Source: a virus
Taxonomy: Duplodnaviria; Caudoviricetes
Virus record (IMG/VR): IMGVR_UViG_3300023174_000180
Location: 1 to 60,654 of that record
Reading direction: 5' to 3' (one strand)
Length of the DNA stretch: 60,654 nt
Every line of letters begins with the position of its first letter. Position 1 is the stretch's first letter. Below are positions 47,801 to 56,213 of this stretch, piece by piece. A model generated the notes under the pieces. That model saw nothing but the letters and a program-made list of their open reading frames with translations. It searched no databases and was not told where the DNA came from. The translations under genes and the position numbers were made by a program.

Positions 47801-47885
47801 TGAAATAGATCAAAAAATGTCAGATAGAGATAAAGGTAATGTGAATCCCCCAAGGGGAATGACTGGTAATACTTTAACTGGTTAA
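41823..47885 (+). CDS. tail tape measure protein (TP901-like N-terminal core, long mosaic C-terminal part)
   Basis: 2020 aa; EFARQG, DLAEAISRVGSTA, ARGGAVIGNSLKTIFTRL; Ala/Gly-rich hydrophobic stretches. Confidence 0.9.
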   Translation: MSDVILPIDGDLRPLEAKVAKFASRGINLNLKNSISQPLGRITGQVSEFNKSLEASNARVLAFGASAGAVYAVGKAFSEIIKSTIEVEKQLADINVVLNTSQKSLANFGRSLFDIARNTANPFSEVSKAATEFARQGLGVQETLKRTSDALVLSRLSGLDAAKSVDALTAAVNSFSKAGLNSTQIINKLANVDAGFAVSSADLAEAISRVGSTAQDVGVDLDQLIALVTAAQQTTARGGAVIGNSLKTIFTRLQRTDTLDKLEELGVKVRDLSGETLPAVQVLQNLSKSFNALSQSQKSSVAETVGGVYQINILRAALGDLGKAYSIYGNALDTSKNSTNQATRRNEELNKTVDAQLKTLVNSFTQASTEIGGIVFAPTISKTANLLNDLLSDLQKPEEARSAGSQIGTEVLKGLGTFVSGPGLAIVGTGFIKIFSGLAKFSAEAFKGFLNIQSGSDRVAAAQERINSILAQNPSLIEAAIQKQNSLASVEQRILQIIEAQNAARLQATQISNKLAPTVIAAENVAVRRSRGKAGGFIPNFAASSEDQMIEDLGASKHGYKAGKAYRTTLYDGTGGSIPAVVNSAERRKDFINSDGKKASLVIPPNGFSSGFIPNFARESEFVKNQKLYGRRTKDGYVKLSGSEAEYGTQQGTKKLGLDIIEEGGLTWIKEKDYTKLNLAMRQRDETLAMKRAGDLNLRSTGRGGKGFDKLYNYSLIYPGAGGTSKEFPTYGTIGKNAKIGFTAFPFPLGKGDFGQETVGMAKNALVDVAKKIVSDAGIPQKVIAKDKFTNTVRSNLGLDAVNSLIGQSFEAGLLASVGSIANNRSRNLDLSSGEMRAMAKNFPSARKLAGKKGGDFKSAVSPDNLNSMALKIAKAEGLALPSQEFSTGRGGGRVSAASGYAAGMDKALSLAIRREKMAGIDSDRIKVGKDASLISDQNPLGLGVYNTKDEPAGLRQGISRYGSSNQAKLAGMAKGFIPNFAQDKASGGLGDKILQFSIISSLLASQAKTQAEGAAEREKEKGAISELTKSALVASEALEGFGSGAFIGSLFGKTIPGAVAGGLSGAYSGANKINMSQFDGEIQNIKNKVGELNDAANNLEGVAANLAPDFEKLISAMDSGENISEYKKAIIDKINLDKSLTAQMKTSAMSALNKDPRSLQPFLAQMINQMRDESGIKAISASLKETNVKNSTPSLADKLMNRVPDNLPFGIKNQLQNVLGSKPEINKNLATQDSATNLMLGSLSSLSMKLDNKKFMDLSKVLVDNSKNAEGFVNALISARKSIGDATDDLDELKESLKLDKTGVVGKNIVAGGLNATGQFLNQKVQTASGLSKREPGRPGKFRSNLAGASQIYNLDYSDPLAMSDEGQADLAKGYLSQSKNPLIGGNATLSLRDSLLSQGISEEDIAKQFPEFNKNIDEAISAKQQQKEESLRKTFEVINKGKPLTKEQEALIKPKNATRKELVGAYRKETAEKIMPTTTTKVANGPDIQTPVSRKDLGTTYVPPVMPPAPTAEELQAQNDVIALTKTSAEVKNATQENPGVIGPVNQNQNNGFSLNSLLDNPMVIGGATGLIVNGLSRLNPFGRGKNAVAPEISQGTTSPSPAQGTTSPSPGPKIPKPGTFRPGSPLPKGVPVTNLPTSQRYFPTAMKGIQQGRNLLEKGKNLIKPAAAAGSRLLGNAANVVPRFLGAGANLAGLELTGAGAGAALGAGGAFLAGSAIVGTAIGSTIGGYQLGEMFDPGAEKRGNFAYNLAPSLFGGPSKKEQERQIKQGEYLQNFNKVQQAKRQQEAKEKSERDASRAASQKRLADATKAREDYNKPIDPLRPSIPPPPPAPSSTKGLFQETYASQAFPGVKGLSDQATPFSYGDQFFKSQEDLTSYRDRVKMGTEDPIKQAQEAKREKINQQAPAKEEDRRSYDQEDAKIERERKKQEEEIKKQAAEAEKATMTPEGSNSNTSNINVAPVITLNAGANQDELIKLVTSKVQEFAQNLMTEIDQKMSDRDKGNVNPPRGMTGNTLTG
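46609..46662 (+). repeat. 2 x 27-nt tandem repeat (QGTTSPSP)
   Basis: cacaaggaactacaagtccttctccag twice. Confidence 0.9.
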
Positions 47886-47914
47886 TAACATGACAAAGGC
47901 TAAAGGATAAAAAT

Positions 47915-49609
47915 ATGGCCACAAACATAGACATTACATTTTCTGATTCAAACTCTAGCTATGTGCCAACATTATTAGGTGGTATTAAAAGAGTAGCTTC
48001 TACAGAATCAAATATACCATTTAAATTTATAGAAGAATATACATTAGAAGGCTTAGTAATTGCTTTTAATAATTCAACAGGTGCAACAGATATATGGAGC
48101 AAAGTAGAAACCTTAAGTCAAAAAATAAAAACCAAAATAACGGATGATATATCGATCAATGTAAATGGCACAACTTTTTCTAACATATATAGAATAACAA
48201 GCATAAGTTTCCAAAGACCTTCTACTCCTGATCAGGATGTAAAAAGTAAGAACTTCTCAATATCTTTTGAAAGACATGTAGCGGTAGCAGACTCTTTACT
48301 ATCTACTTACGGTTTATCAAATTTAGAAAAAATTAATAGTATTGACTTCTCAATAACTTCAGAACAAAATGTCAATTCAGTAACCATAACAAAAAATTTA
48401 AATATTCAGTATACAACAATTTACACAGGTAATGTATGCGAAGAGAGCGCTAGCTCTGTCTTTACTTCAATAAATAATATTTTCACAACTTACACAAAAG
48501 GAAGGAAATACACATCTCAAACTTGCGACCAAAGAAATAAATCTTTAAACGTACAAGAAAGAGTGGTCACATTTGATAATACTAGTCAAGATTTTGGAGA
48601 ATTTTTAGGTTATGAATTGTCGATACAAAACAATGGAGTCTTTACAGTAACAGAAAATGGCAACATACAATCCAATAGTGATTCTAATACAATGTCTGCT
48701 TTAAAAACTAAAGCTGAATCTTTAAGATCTGGAGCTTTTACTAGATGTCAAAATTTTACTACAATTTATTATCAAAAATTAGGTCTTGTTGTAGGCAGTT
48801 ATAACTATAACGTACAGAATCTTCCTATAAGCTCTAATTTAAGTGTTGATGGTTCTAATATGTCAGCTACTTATTCTGTAACTTATTCAAATGACCCAAG
48901 AAATGTAACAGATGTAATAGTTGATATATCAGAAGAAGTGTCTTCTTCTGTTCTAAGAGATGAAGTCAAAAAAGTTCAAAGTGGAAGCATATTAGGAATG
49001 GGAGTAACAGATTTTACATCATCAAATCAAAAATTTTCAAAAGCAAAAACTAAATATCAATCTTTATATTCTAGCGTCCTTACAGCTGCAAAAACCTTAA
49101 ATAATCAACAAAATATTTTAAGTCATAAATATCCATCATACTTAACTAATGCAAATGTTACTTTTAATATATCAGAAGGTTCTGTAAATTTTAACCATAC
49201 ATTTGTAAGTAATAAGGGTTTTGATTCTAAAGATGCTAATTTTGTTTCTGTGTCAGCAGAAGCAACTTCTAGAGGTCCACTTCATTTAGTAAATTCATTT
49301 TTAATTTTTGGAGGCGTTCAAGAAGGTAAAGAATTAATACAAGATGTTGCTCAGGGAAAAGTTGGAGAAATTAATTTAACAGTTGATTTTCTTTTAAAGC
49401 CAAATACAACTTTAGACCAATGTATAGCTAAATTTAAACTATTTATAGATAAAATAAAAAAAGCTCCTGGATTTTTAAGAGACGTATCTTATACTCTTGA
49501 TCCAGTAGGCAGAACTTTTAATGGAACAGCTATATTTTTAGAGTTTGATAGATATAGAGAACTCAAAGATTTAGCTTTAAAAGCGGAGGCTATCGATGTC
49601 GATATTTAA
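47915..49609 (+). CDS. tail tip / distal tail protein
   Basis: First gene after TMP; S/T/N-rich beta protein. Confidence 0.55.
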   Translation: MATNIDITFSDSNSSYVPTLLGGIKRVASTESNIPFKFIEEYTLEGLVIAFNNSTGATDIWSKVETLSQKIKTKITDDISINVNGTTFSNIYRITSISFQRPSTPDQDVKSKNFSISFERHVAVADSLLSTYGLSNLEKINSIDFSITSEQNVNSVTITKNLNIQYTTIYTGNVCEESASSVFTSINNIFTTYTKGRKYTSQTCDQRNKSLNVQERVVTFDNTSQDFGEFLGYELSIQNNGVFTVTENGNIQSNSDSNTMSALKTKAESLRSGAFTRCQNFTTIYYQKLGLVVGSYNYNVQNLPISSNLSVDGSNMSATYSVTYSNDPRNVTDVIVDISEEVSSSVLRDEVKKVQSGSILGMGVTDFTSSNQKFSKAKTKYQSLYSSVLTAAKTLNNQQNILSHKYPSYLTNANVTFNISEGSVNFNHTFVSNKGFDSKDANFVSVSAEATSRGPLHLVNSFLIFGGVQEGKELIQDVAQGKVGEINLTVDFLLKPNTTLDQCIAKFKLFIDKIKKAPGFLRDVSYTLDPVGRTFNGTAIFLEFDRYRELKDLALKAEAIDVDI

Positions 49610-51119
49610 TTTATCTAATTGGGCTAGCATAAGTAATCAGCCAGTACCATATGTTACCAAAACTTTAGAGCCAATTTATGATGGTCCAGATCATATAGCT
49701 ACAAAAAGTACTTATAGATACTTAGGCGAGTATCTGCCGTTTGGTAAAGGAAATGGTGAAGATTTACCTATCAATGGGGTAGATCAAACTGATTTTCAAT
49801 TAATAACTTTTCTAAATGGTTTTACTTCAATTTTTGAAACTGATAATGGTGATAAATGTATTTTATCGGATGTAAATGTAGAGAATAATAAAGCGTATGG
49901 TATAATACCATACAACGTAACTTGTGATTGTTATAATTTTTTATCTGGTAATGGAGTTATCGGTATCTCGAATCAATTAAACTTTAATGAAAACGAAGAT
50001 CGCACAATAAACGTAGACCATAGCATTTCAATAAAATATCTAAATATAGGTCAAAATAACATAACAACCGTTAAAAGTTTAGCAAGATCTTTAACTGGAA
50101 ACGTTTCTGATTGGAAATTTTTAGATTACAATTTTGCTTCAATAAGCCCAATTTTAACTTCGTCAAGAGAAACTGCTGACATATCAGCTGGAAATTACAG
50201 TATACAACAAAGCTTTTTAATTGGAAAAGACAAAAACAATGCATTAGAAACTCCAGTAATAAAAACAAATATAACAATTCAATCTGGTTTAGACAATGCT
50301 ACTCTTAACTTAAGAGGTAATGTTTTTACTGGTAAAGCTAGTTTTGATTTAGATGATTTTAAAGATTATTTAGATTTTAGTGTCCCAACTGATTTTAAGG
50401 CTATAGGTGGTACAATATCCGACGATACATTTAGTAAAAATTTAAATTTTGATCTACAATTTTCTAATGACAAAAGAATATCCCAAAATGGCAATTTAAA
50501 AAATCAAAATATTTCTGTCGATGTGGAGTATATAACAGAAAGTTATAGAGTAAATTTTCAATCTCAAGCAGAGAATATAGTGACTATAGACAATAGTACT
50601 TTAGAAAATGATTTAATAAAAAATTCTACAGAAGCAAAAGCGCTAATGAGTTCATTTTTTGATATAAATTCCGCTTACAAATTAGAGACAATTACTGGAT
50701 ATGCTACTGGTAAAATGACCTATTCAGAATCTTCAGAAAGATCACTAAGAATAACTGGAGAAAATGGAAAAGTAAAATTTTATGATTTATCTATAAGCAT
50801 AAATGCAAAACCTGGTTTATATCAAGCTTCATTTGCTCCAATATTAAGCGGAAAGGGAGGATACTATGTACAAGATTTAGATTTTAGAACTAGGGGTACA
50901 GCCAATCTTTCCGTTCAGGGTAAGTGCACTGTAGATTCCATAGGCTCAGTAGATACTCGATCATTGTCTCAACTTTTAGATAGATATAAAAACAAATACA
51001 TGAGTGATGCCATACTTTTAAATGATGAACTCTCTTTGGATCCAAAAGCTTTATCTTTTAAATATACTTATGAGTTGAGTCACGTTGATGACTCTTTCAA
51101 GGAATATAGGGCAAAATAA
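49596..51119 (+). CDS. tail tip protein
   Basis: Synteny; beta-rich, similar in style to the previous gene. Confidence 0.5.
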   Translation: MSIFNLSNWASISNQPVPYVTKTLEPIYDGPDHIATKSTYRYLGEYLPFGKGNGEDLPINGVDQTDFQLITFLNGFTSIFETDNGDKCILSDVNVENNKAYGIIPYNVTCDCYNFLSGNGVIGISNQLNFNENEDRTINVDHSISIKYLNIGQNNITTVKSLARSLTGNVSDWKFLDYNFASISPILTSSRETADISAGNYSIQQSFLIGKDKNNALETPVIKTNITIQSGLDNATLNLRGNVFTGKASFDLDDFKDYLDFSVPTDFKAIGGTISDDTFSKNLNFDLQFSNDKRISQNGNLKNQNISVDVEYITESYRVNFQSQAENIVTIDNSTLENDLIKNSTEAKALMSSFFDINSAYKLETITGYATGKMTYSESSERSLRITGENGKVKFYDLSISINAKPGLYQASFAPILSGKGGYYVQDLDFRTRGTANLSVQGKCTVDSIGSVDTRSLSQLLDRYKNKYMSDAILLNDELSLDPKALSFKYTYELSHVDDSFKEYRAK

Positions 51120-51120
51120 A

Positions 51121-53217
51121 ATGAATAAAATACAATATTTTAAAGATTTAGCAAACGTTAATTTTGGAGATTATGTATTTCATTTTAATTTTACTGGAGA
51201 CAATTCATCTACAGATGCATATAGATTAAATAATTCTGGAGATTATAGTAATTTAAGCGGTTATTTTTCTCGATTTAGCTTATCTACAGATTTTAGTGAT
51301 CAAATTACTTTTTATACTTTACCTTCAGACGCTTACTCTGATTCTGAAGAATATACATTTTTATTTAATTACGAAGGACCACAATCCTTGCCCTGTAATT
51401 TATTCTCTACTATAGTCGAAGAAAGTAATACAAAAGTTGGATTTGCTATATCAATAAACCATTATAATGATTTAGCAATAGAATACTATAAAGATGGAAT
51501 AGAGTATAATTTATATGAAACTGATCTAAATTTAGATACAAAAGGTTTACTTTTTATCAAAGGAAATAAATCCTCTGTGAACATTGGAATTTATAATTTA
51601 ACAAAAGGTTCTTTGACTCAAGAATCTTTCCCCATAGAATTGAGTGGTATAATTTTAAGCGGGATAAGAATAGGATCATTGGATTATCCAACTTTTAGTA
51701 AAACTAATGCTGATTTTAATGGAAAATTAAAAGATTTTGTGTTTTTGAAAAAAAATATAAATGATACAGAACTAGAGATTTTGTTTAATCAATTTGTTTA
51801 TAATATAGAAGACGCTTATGAATATAATTTATTTAGCGAAAGATATTCTTCAAATTTAAGTCCTCATACGAGTGGAATTTTTGATACATTTACTCAATTC
51901 TCTAATAGTTGTTTTACCAAAACATTTATAGAACAAACAGGGTCAATAAACGGATTGATAAGTGGAAGCACAATCGGGAATACAATGGGAGTTTCTGGTA
52001 AAGTCAACTTTAATAATTATGAAGTTTTAAAAAGCCCAATGAATACTTTTTTCACTGGTATTAAAAAAACTGGAGAGTTAGTTACAACGTCTTCTGTGAC
52101 AAGTCTGACTGGATACAAAGATGAGGTTTTAACTCAAATTTATGATTTTTGTCAGGACAAATTAATAGATTTTAAATTCAGATCTGGTTTATTTAAAACA
52201 GTTAATGTAGATTCTGTACAAAATTTATTTGGATACGTAGAAGAAACTATAACTTTGCCAACTGGAACAGTAGTATTGACGGGATTTGAAACAATTTTAA
52301 ACCCAGATTATATTACCCCAGTTAATCCAGATAACCAAAATCTCAATTATGTTTATAGTTTCGATATTGTTAATAATATCAATTACATAACAAAAACAGA
52401 ATCTTTAACATTCGTTGGTGCATCAGTCGATCCAGATTTTACAGTAAATAGAACTTCTGAATTTGGATTTAGAAAAGTCATTAGACTAAGCAGATTAAAT
52501 AATTTTATAAATGAACTTGGAGTTGAAAATGTTATAATAAATAATATCTTAGATCAAAATGATATTGTCGAAATATACAATATATCTAAAACAGGTTCAA
52601 ACGTTGTTTTAAATGATCCTTTATATATAAGTAATGGCTCAAAAAATATTTATATTGGACCTAGCGAAAGATCTAAAATCATAACCTTTAATGGGGTAAC
52701 TGAATTTCCAGTTTCAGATTATACTATTACAAATTACAATATAACGTCTAATAGAGGCGTGGATAATAAAGACTTTTTAGATTTAGATTTTGTTAAAGAT
52801 AGCGGATCTGCGGTTAAATTTGATTATACTGGTCAAAATACTGAACCTAATGTTGGAAGAGATTTCTTATTCTTAAATGGTATTAAGTTAATCAGTGGGT
52901 ATCAATATAATCTGAGTCAATCTAATGTAAACTTTATTAATGAAAATATTCCTGTAACAGGATCTATCGATGGATTTAACGTATTAATCGGCTATACAAG
53001 ATATACTGGTTATAATAATTTCTTTAATATATATGCTATAAATGGCAATAATAATAGATTTTTTAAGGGCTCTAACGTAATATATTTAAATGGTATTAAA
53101 TTAAATTTTGATAGCTTTTTAGAAACTTCAGTTAATGATCCATTTTATAATCCTACCTTTAGTGATAAAACAGATGTAACTATATACAACAACGAGGACA
53201 ATTTCTTTAATATGTAA
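51121..53217 (+). CDS. tail/baseplate protein with LamG-like N-terminal region
   Basis: Start revised to ATG 51121; IRIGS...FNGKLKDFVFL motif; C-terminal (F/Y)LNGIKL repeats. Confidence 0.55.
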   Translation: MNKIQYFKDLANVNFGDYVFHFNFTGDNSSTDAYRLNNSGDYSNLSGYFSRFSLSTDFSDQITFYTLPSDAYSDSEEYTFLFNYEGPQSLPCNLFSTIVEESNTKVGFAISINHYNDLAIEYYKDGIEYNLYETDLNLDTKGLLFIKGNKSSVNIGIYNLTKGSLTQESFPIELSGIILSGIRIGSLDYPTFSKTNADFNGKLKDFVFLKKNINDTELEILFNQFVYNIEDAYEYNLFSERYSSNLSPHTSGIFDTFTQFSNSCFTKTFIEQTGSINGLISGSTIGNTMGVSGKVNFNNYEVLKSPMNTFFTGIKKTGELVTTSSVTSLTGYKDEVLTQIYDFCQDKLIDFKFRSGLFKTVNVDSVQNLFGYVEETITLPTGTVVLTGFETILNPDYITPVNPDNQNLNYVYSFDIVNNINYITKTESLTFVGASVDPDFTVNRTSEFGFRKVIRLSRLNNFINELGVENVIINNILDQNDIVEIYNISKTGSNVVLNDPLYISNGSKNIYIGPSERSKIITFNGVTEFPVSDYTITNYNITSNRGVDNKDFLDLDFVKDSGSAVKFDYTGQNTEPNVGRDFLFLNGIKLISGYQYNLSQSNVNFINENIPVTGSIDGFNVLIGYTRYTGYNNFFNIYAINGNNNRFFKGSNVIYLNGIKLNFDSFLETSVNDPFYNPTFSDKTDVTIYNNEDNFFNM

Positions 53218-53222
53218 TAATT

Positions 53223-56210
53223 ATGGCTTCTACAACAATCAAAAAAATAGAATCAATAACCTTAAATGGAAGCAATAAATATGCTGGAGGATACATATAT
53301 AACATATCTTTTAGACCATCTTTTTCAGGAAGTCCTTCTGAAATACAAGTTAATGTAATAAATGAAACTGGCTCTTATACTCCTCCAAAATTAGACTTAA
53401 AAAGTCCAGTTCAAGTTAAAATTGGTAAATTAGATCTTGGTGGATTTTTTCTTTATAAAACTAAAAAAAGAAATTCATCTCAAGGTAATATATTGGAGTT
53501 ATATTTAATAGATCCAACTTTTGTATTAGATAAATTTTTTGTAGGACTTGTAAGTAAACATGGTTGGACGGATAGTTATAAAAAATCTATAGAAAAAGAT
53601 ATTGGTAATATTAAAGCTGGAAAAGGTTATACAGATAGACTAAATGAAATTATAAAATCTGGTGGTCAAGATGGAGTTAAAGGAGATATTTTTTCTCAAA
53701 CTGATAATTTAATTTTAATAGGAAGACTTTTTCATCCATGCGATACTAATAAAGATAATAAAATTGACTATAGAGAAGATGGAAGTAATTTAGATTTTTG
53801 CGATCCATGCCCAAATTGTCCTCAAGAAAAATTTGAAAGCAAATGCTTTGAATTAAGTTCAACTAGAATTTTTGGAGTAGCTTATTCATTTAAAGATTTT
53901 ATAGATAATTGGACAAAAATAAAATTTTCAAATGGTGTCTCCATAGGAATTGAAACACCAAATATATCATCTAAAAATCCTAAAACTTATGCTAATTTCT
54001 TCAGAGAGCATACTGGTACATTAAGAGAAATTTTATCTGCATGGTGCAATGATTTTGGATTAAATTGGTATTACGATTTTAAGAATAAAAAAATAAAATT
54101 TATAGATTTATCTTCAAAAGAAATTCAGGTAAAAGAAGATGTTATATTAAATAAATATAAAGATATTCAATTAGTCAGCTATGATTTAGAAGAGACTGTA
54201 GAGAATACAGAGCAAAGAGGGTCTATAAGTTGGTATGAAAGAGAGGGTCAGAAAAAAGCTTATGATTGCAATAAGGCTGAACCCGTAAGTTTGGCCCCAG
54301 TTTATGCAGCTGATTATTTTGGAAATAGAATAAGGAATGCTGATACTGCGACTGGCGTAGCTAAATTAGACTCTAATGCTGATTCAGTAGGAGCTATATT
54401 ATGCAATTATAATCAAGCTTTAAGAGATGCTTTTTGGTTTAGGTCAATTTATGAATGTACAACTCCAATAAAAGCTGCTGGATTAATAACAGATCTACAA
54501 GAGAAAAAACCAGAAAAATTTAAAAATCGAAATGGAGAGGAAATAATAATATCAAAACCATTTACAATGCAAGAGATGGGCGATATGAAAATTTTAGCAG
54601 TTGTAACTAAAGATCCAGTTAAGGGTGGAAAGGAAACGACTTTCTCGAAGAAAGCTAAAGATTTTTATCCAACTTTATATAATCAATTAACTACAATCGA
54701 ACAAGAAACATTTAATAGATATAGCGGTTATTTTATAATAGCTTATTTTGATGAAGATTATTACAGTCAAAGAATTGATCTAGAAAAAGATGCATTTAGT
54801 TTTATGGGAAGATTTTTCATGAGAGAGCATTTAACTAGGTTGTGCGGAATAACTGGCAATCAAGAATTTATTAAAAATAATACTCAAGTTGAGTCTGCTG
54901 ATGGAACTGCAAGCCTGTATTCTAAATCAGAGGGTATTGGAAGTAATCCTTTAACCAAATATGCATATTATGAATCTGGTTGCTTGGGATGTATGGTCGG
55001 AACAGGAAACTTAAGCAAAGAACCTCCAAAACAGCAAAAATATACAAAAGGTTCATCAGTTAATTCTCAAGGTTTTAATTTTGCTGCTTCTAACGGTGGA
55101 CTTTATCTACAGCAAACTCCTTCTAAATATAAAGAACAAGATGGTCCAACATTCTCTAGCAATATAGGAAATCAAGTTCCATTAAGAGTAGCTCAAACCA
55201 GCATTGTTTTAGAAAGAGAACCAGTGTGGTCTCCTACTGTAGATGAATTTACGGAAACTACTGTACAAAATTTAACAGAAACAAATGTCAATTTATTAGC
55301 ACCAGCGTTTTTAGGTGGAGACGGAAAGGGCTCAGATAATAAATGGATTTTGGAAGCACTAGGTCAAACTGTTTCTGGCATAGAATCAATGATAAAAGTA
55401 TTAGTAGTTTATCCTGGAGGATTCTCAGTAGATTTAAAAAATAAAGAAAAACATCCTACAGAAAAAACTGTTTTTGATAAACCTAAAAATGAACAAATCT
55501 TAAGAAGAATAGGAGGCAAATTTGGTTATGATACAAAGTTAGGTTTATTAGATAATACTTGTTCTAAAATTTCATTCATTCTTTATGACACAAAGGGCAA
55601 AGCAGTAAAAGATGTAATACCAAGTATTTATACTCCACCTCATGTTATGCGAGATTTAGAAGGCAAAGAGATAATCAAATCTAAATTTAGTATATCCGCT
55701 TCTACTCCTTGCGACGCTTGCCTAGGACAAGAAAATAGACCTCCAGGATATAAAGTTTTTGTAACTCAAAACTTCAGTCAAAGCGTAATCATACCAAAGA
55801 TTCAAACTGGAGTTGCTTCTGGTATAAAAGCTCCAGAAGAAGTAATGAATTTTAATATTAATTATCGCACAATAACAAATGATGATTTGATAGCCTATAC
55901 TGGATATAAAGGATATGGATGTGTGCCTAATTTAAGTTATTTAAATGAAATTAATAATAACTATGGGCAATTATCATTCCAAAATAAAGAATCAGATAAA
56001 ACTTTATCTGTAGAAATTAAAGGTCTTCCAGAGCTAGACGATATCGCTACAGAAATGCAAAATGGATTAAATGAAATAAATATTAATGTTAATGATCAAG
56101 GAATATCCTCTAATTTAGTTTATGGAACTAAACTAATGAGAGAAATAAATTCAGATTTAATTAAATTTGACAATGAGAATAGCTTGCTGTCAGTCCCTAG
56201 GGGTTTATAA
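53223..56210 (+). CDS. baseplate hub / central tail-tip protein
   Basis: 995 aa; GTLREILSAWCNDFGLNWYYDF segment typical of hub proteins; Cys clusters. Confidence 0.55.
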   Translation: MASTTIKKIESITLNGSNKYAGGYIYNISFRPSFSGSPSEIQVNVINETGSYTPPKLDLKSPVQVKIGKLDLGGFFLYKTKKRNSSQGNILELYLIDPTFVLDKFFVGLVSKHGWTDSYKKSIEKDIGNIKAGKGYTDRLNEIIKSGGQDGVKGDIFSQTDNLILIGRLFHPCDTNKDNKIDYREDGSNLDFCDPCPNCPQEKFESKCFELSSTRIFGVAYSFKDFIDNWTKIKFSNGVSIGIETPNISSKNPKTYANFFREHTGTLREILSAWCNDFGLNWYYDFKNKKIKFIDLSSKEIQVKEDVILNKYKDIQLVSYDLEETVENTEQRGSISWYEREGQKKAYDCNKAEPVSLAPVYAADYFGNRIRNADTATGVAKLDSNADSVGAILCNYNQALRDAFWFRSIYECTTPIKAAGLITDLQEKKPEKFKNRNGEEIIISKPFTMQEMGDMKILAVVTKDPVKGGKETTFSKKAKDFYPTLYNQLTTIEQETFNRYSGYFIIAYFDEDYYSQRIDLEKDAFSFMGRFFMREHLTRLCGITGNQEFIKNNTQVESADGTASLYSKSEGIGSNPLTKYAYYESGCLGCMVGTGNLSKEPPKQQKYTKGSSVNSQGFNFAASNGGLYLQQTPSKYKEQDGPTFSSNIGNQVPLRVAQTSIVLEREPVWSPTVDEFTETTVQNLTETNVNLLAPAFLGGDGKGSDNKWILEALGQTVSGIESMIKVLVVYPGGFSVDLKNKEKHPTEKTVFDKPKNEQILRRIGGKFGYDTKLGLLDNTCSKISFILYDTKGKAVKDVIPSIYTPPHVMRDLEGKEIIKSKFSISASTPCDACLGQENRPPGYKVFVTQNFSQSVIIPKIQTGVASGIKAPEEVMNFNINYRTITNDDLIAYTGYKGYGCVPNLSYLNEINNNYGQLSFQNKESDKTLSVEIKGLPELDDIATEMQNGLNEININVNDQGISSNLVYGTKLMREINSDLIKFDNENSLLSVPRGL

Positions 56211-56213
56211 TTT

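Noticed and set aside
51085-51120. TTG start of ORF 51085..53217
   Set aside because: ATG 51121 lies 1 nt after the upstream stop and avoids the overlap
53212-53217. ATGTAA before gene 53223 as a late-promoter variant
   Set aside because: It is the Met-stop of the preceding gene and one mismatch from consensus; too weak alone
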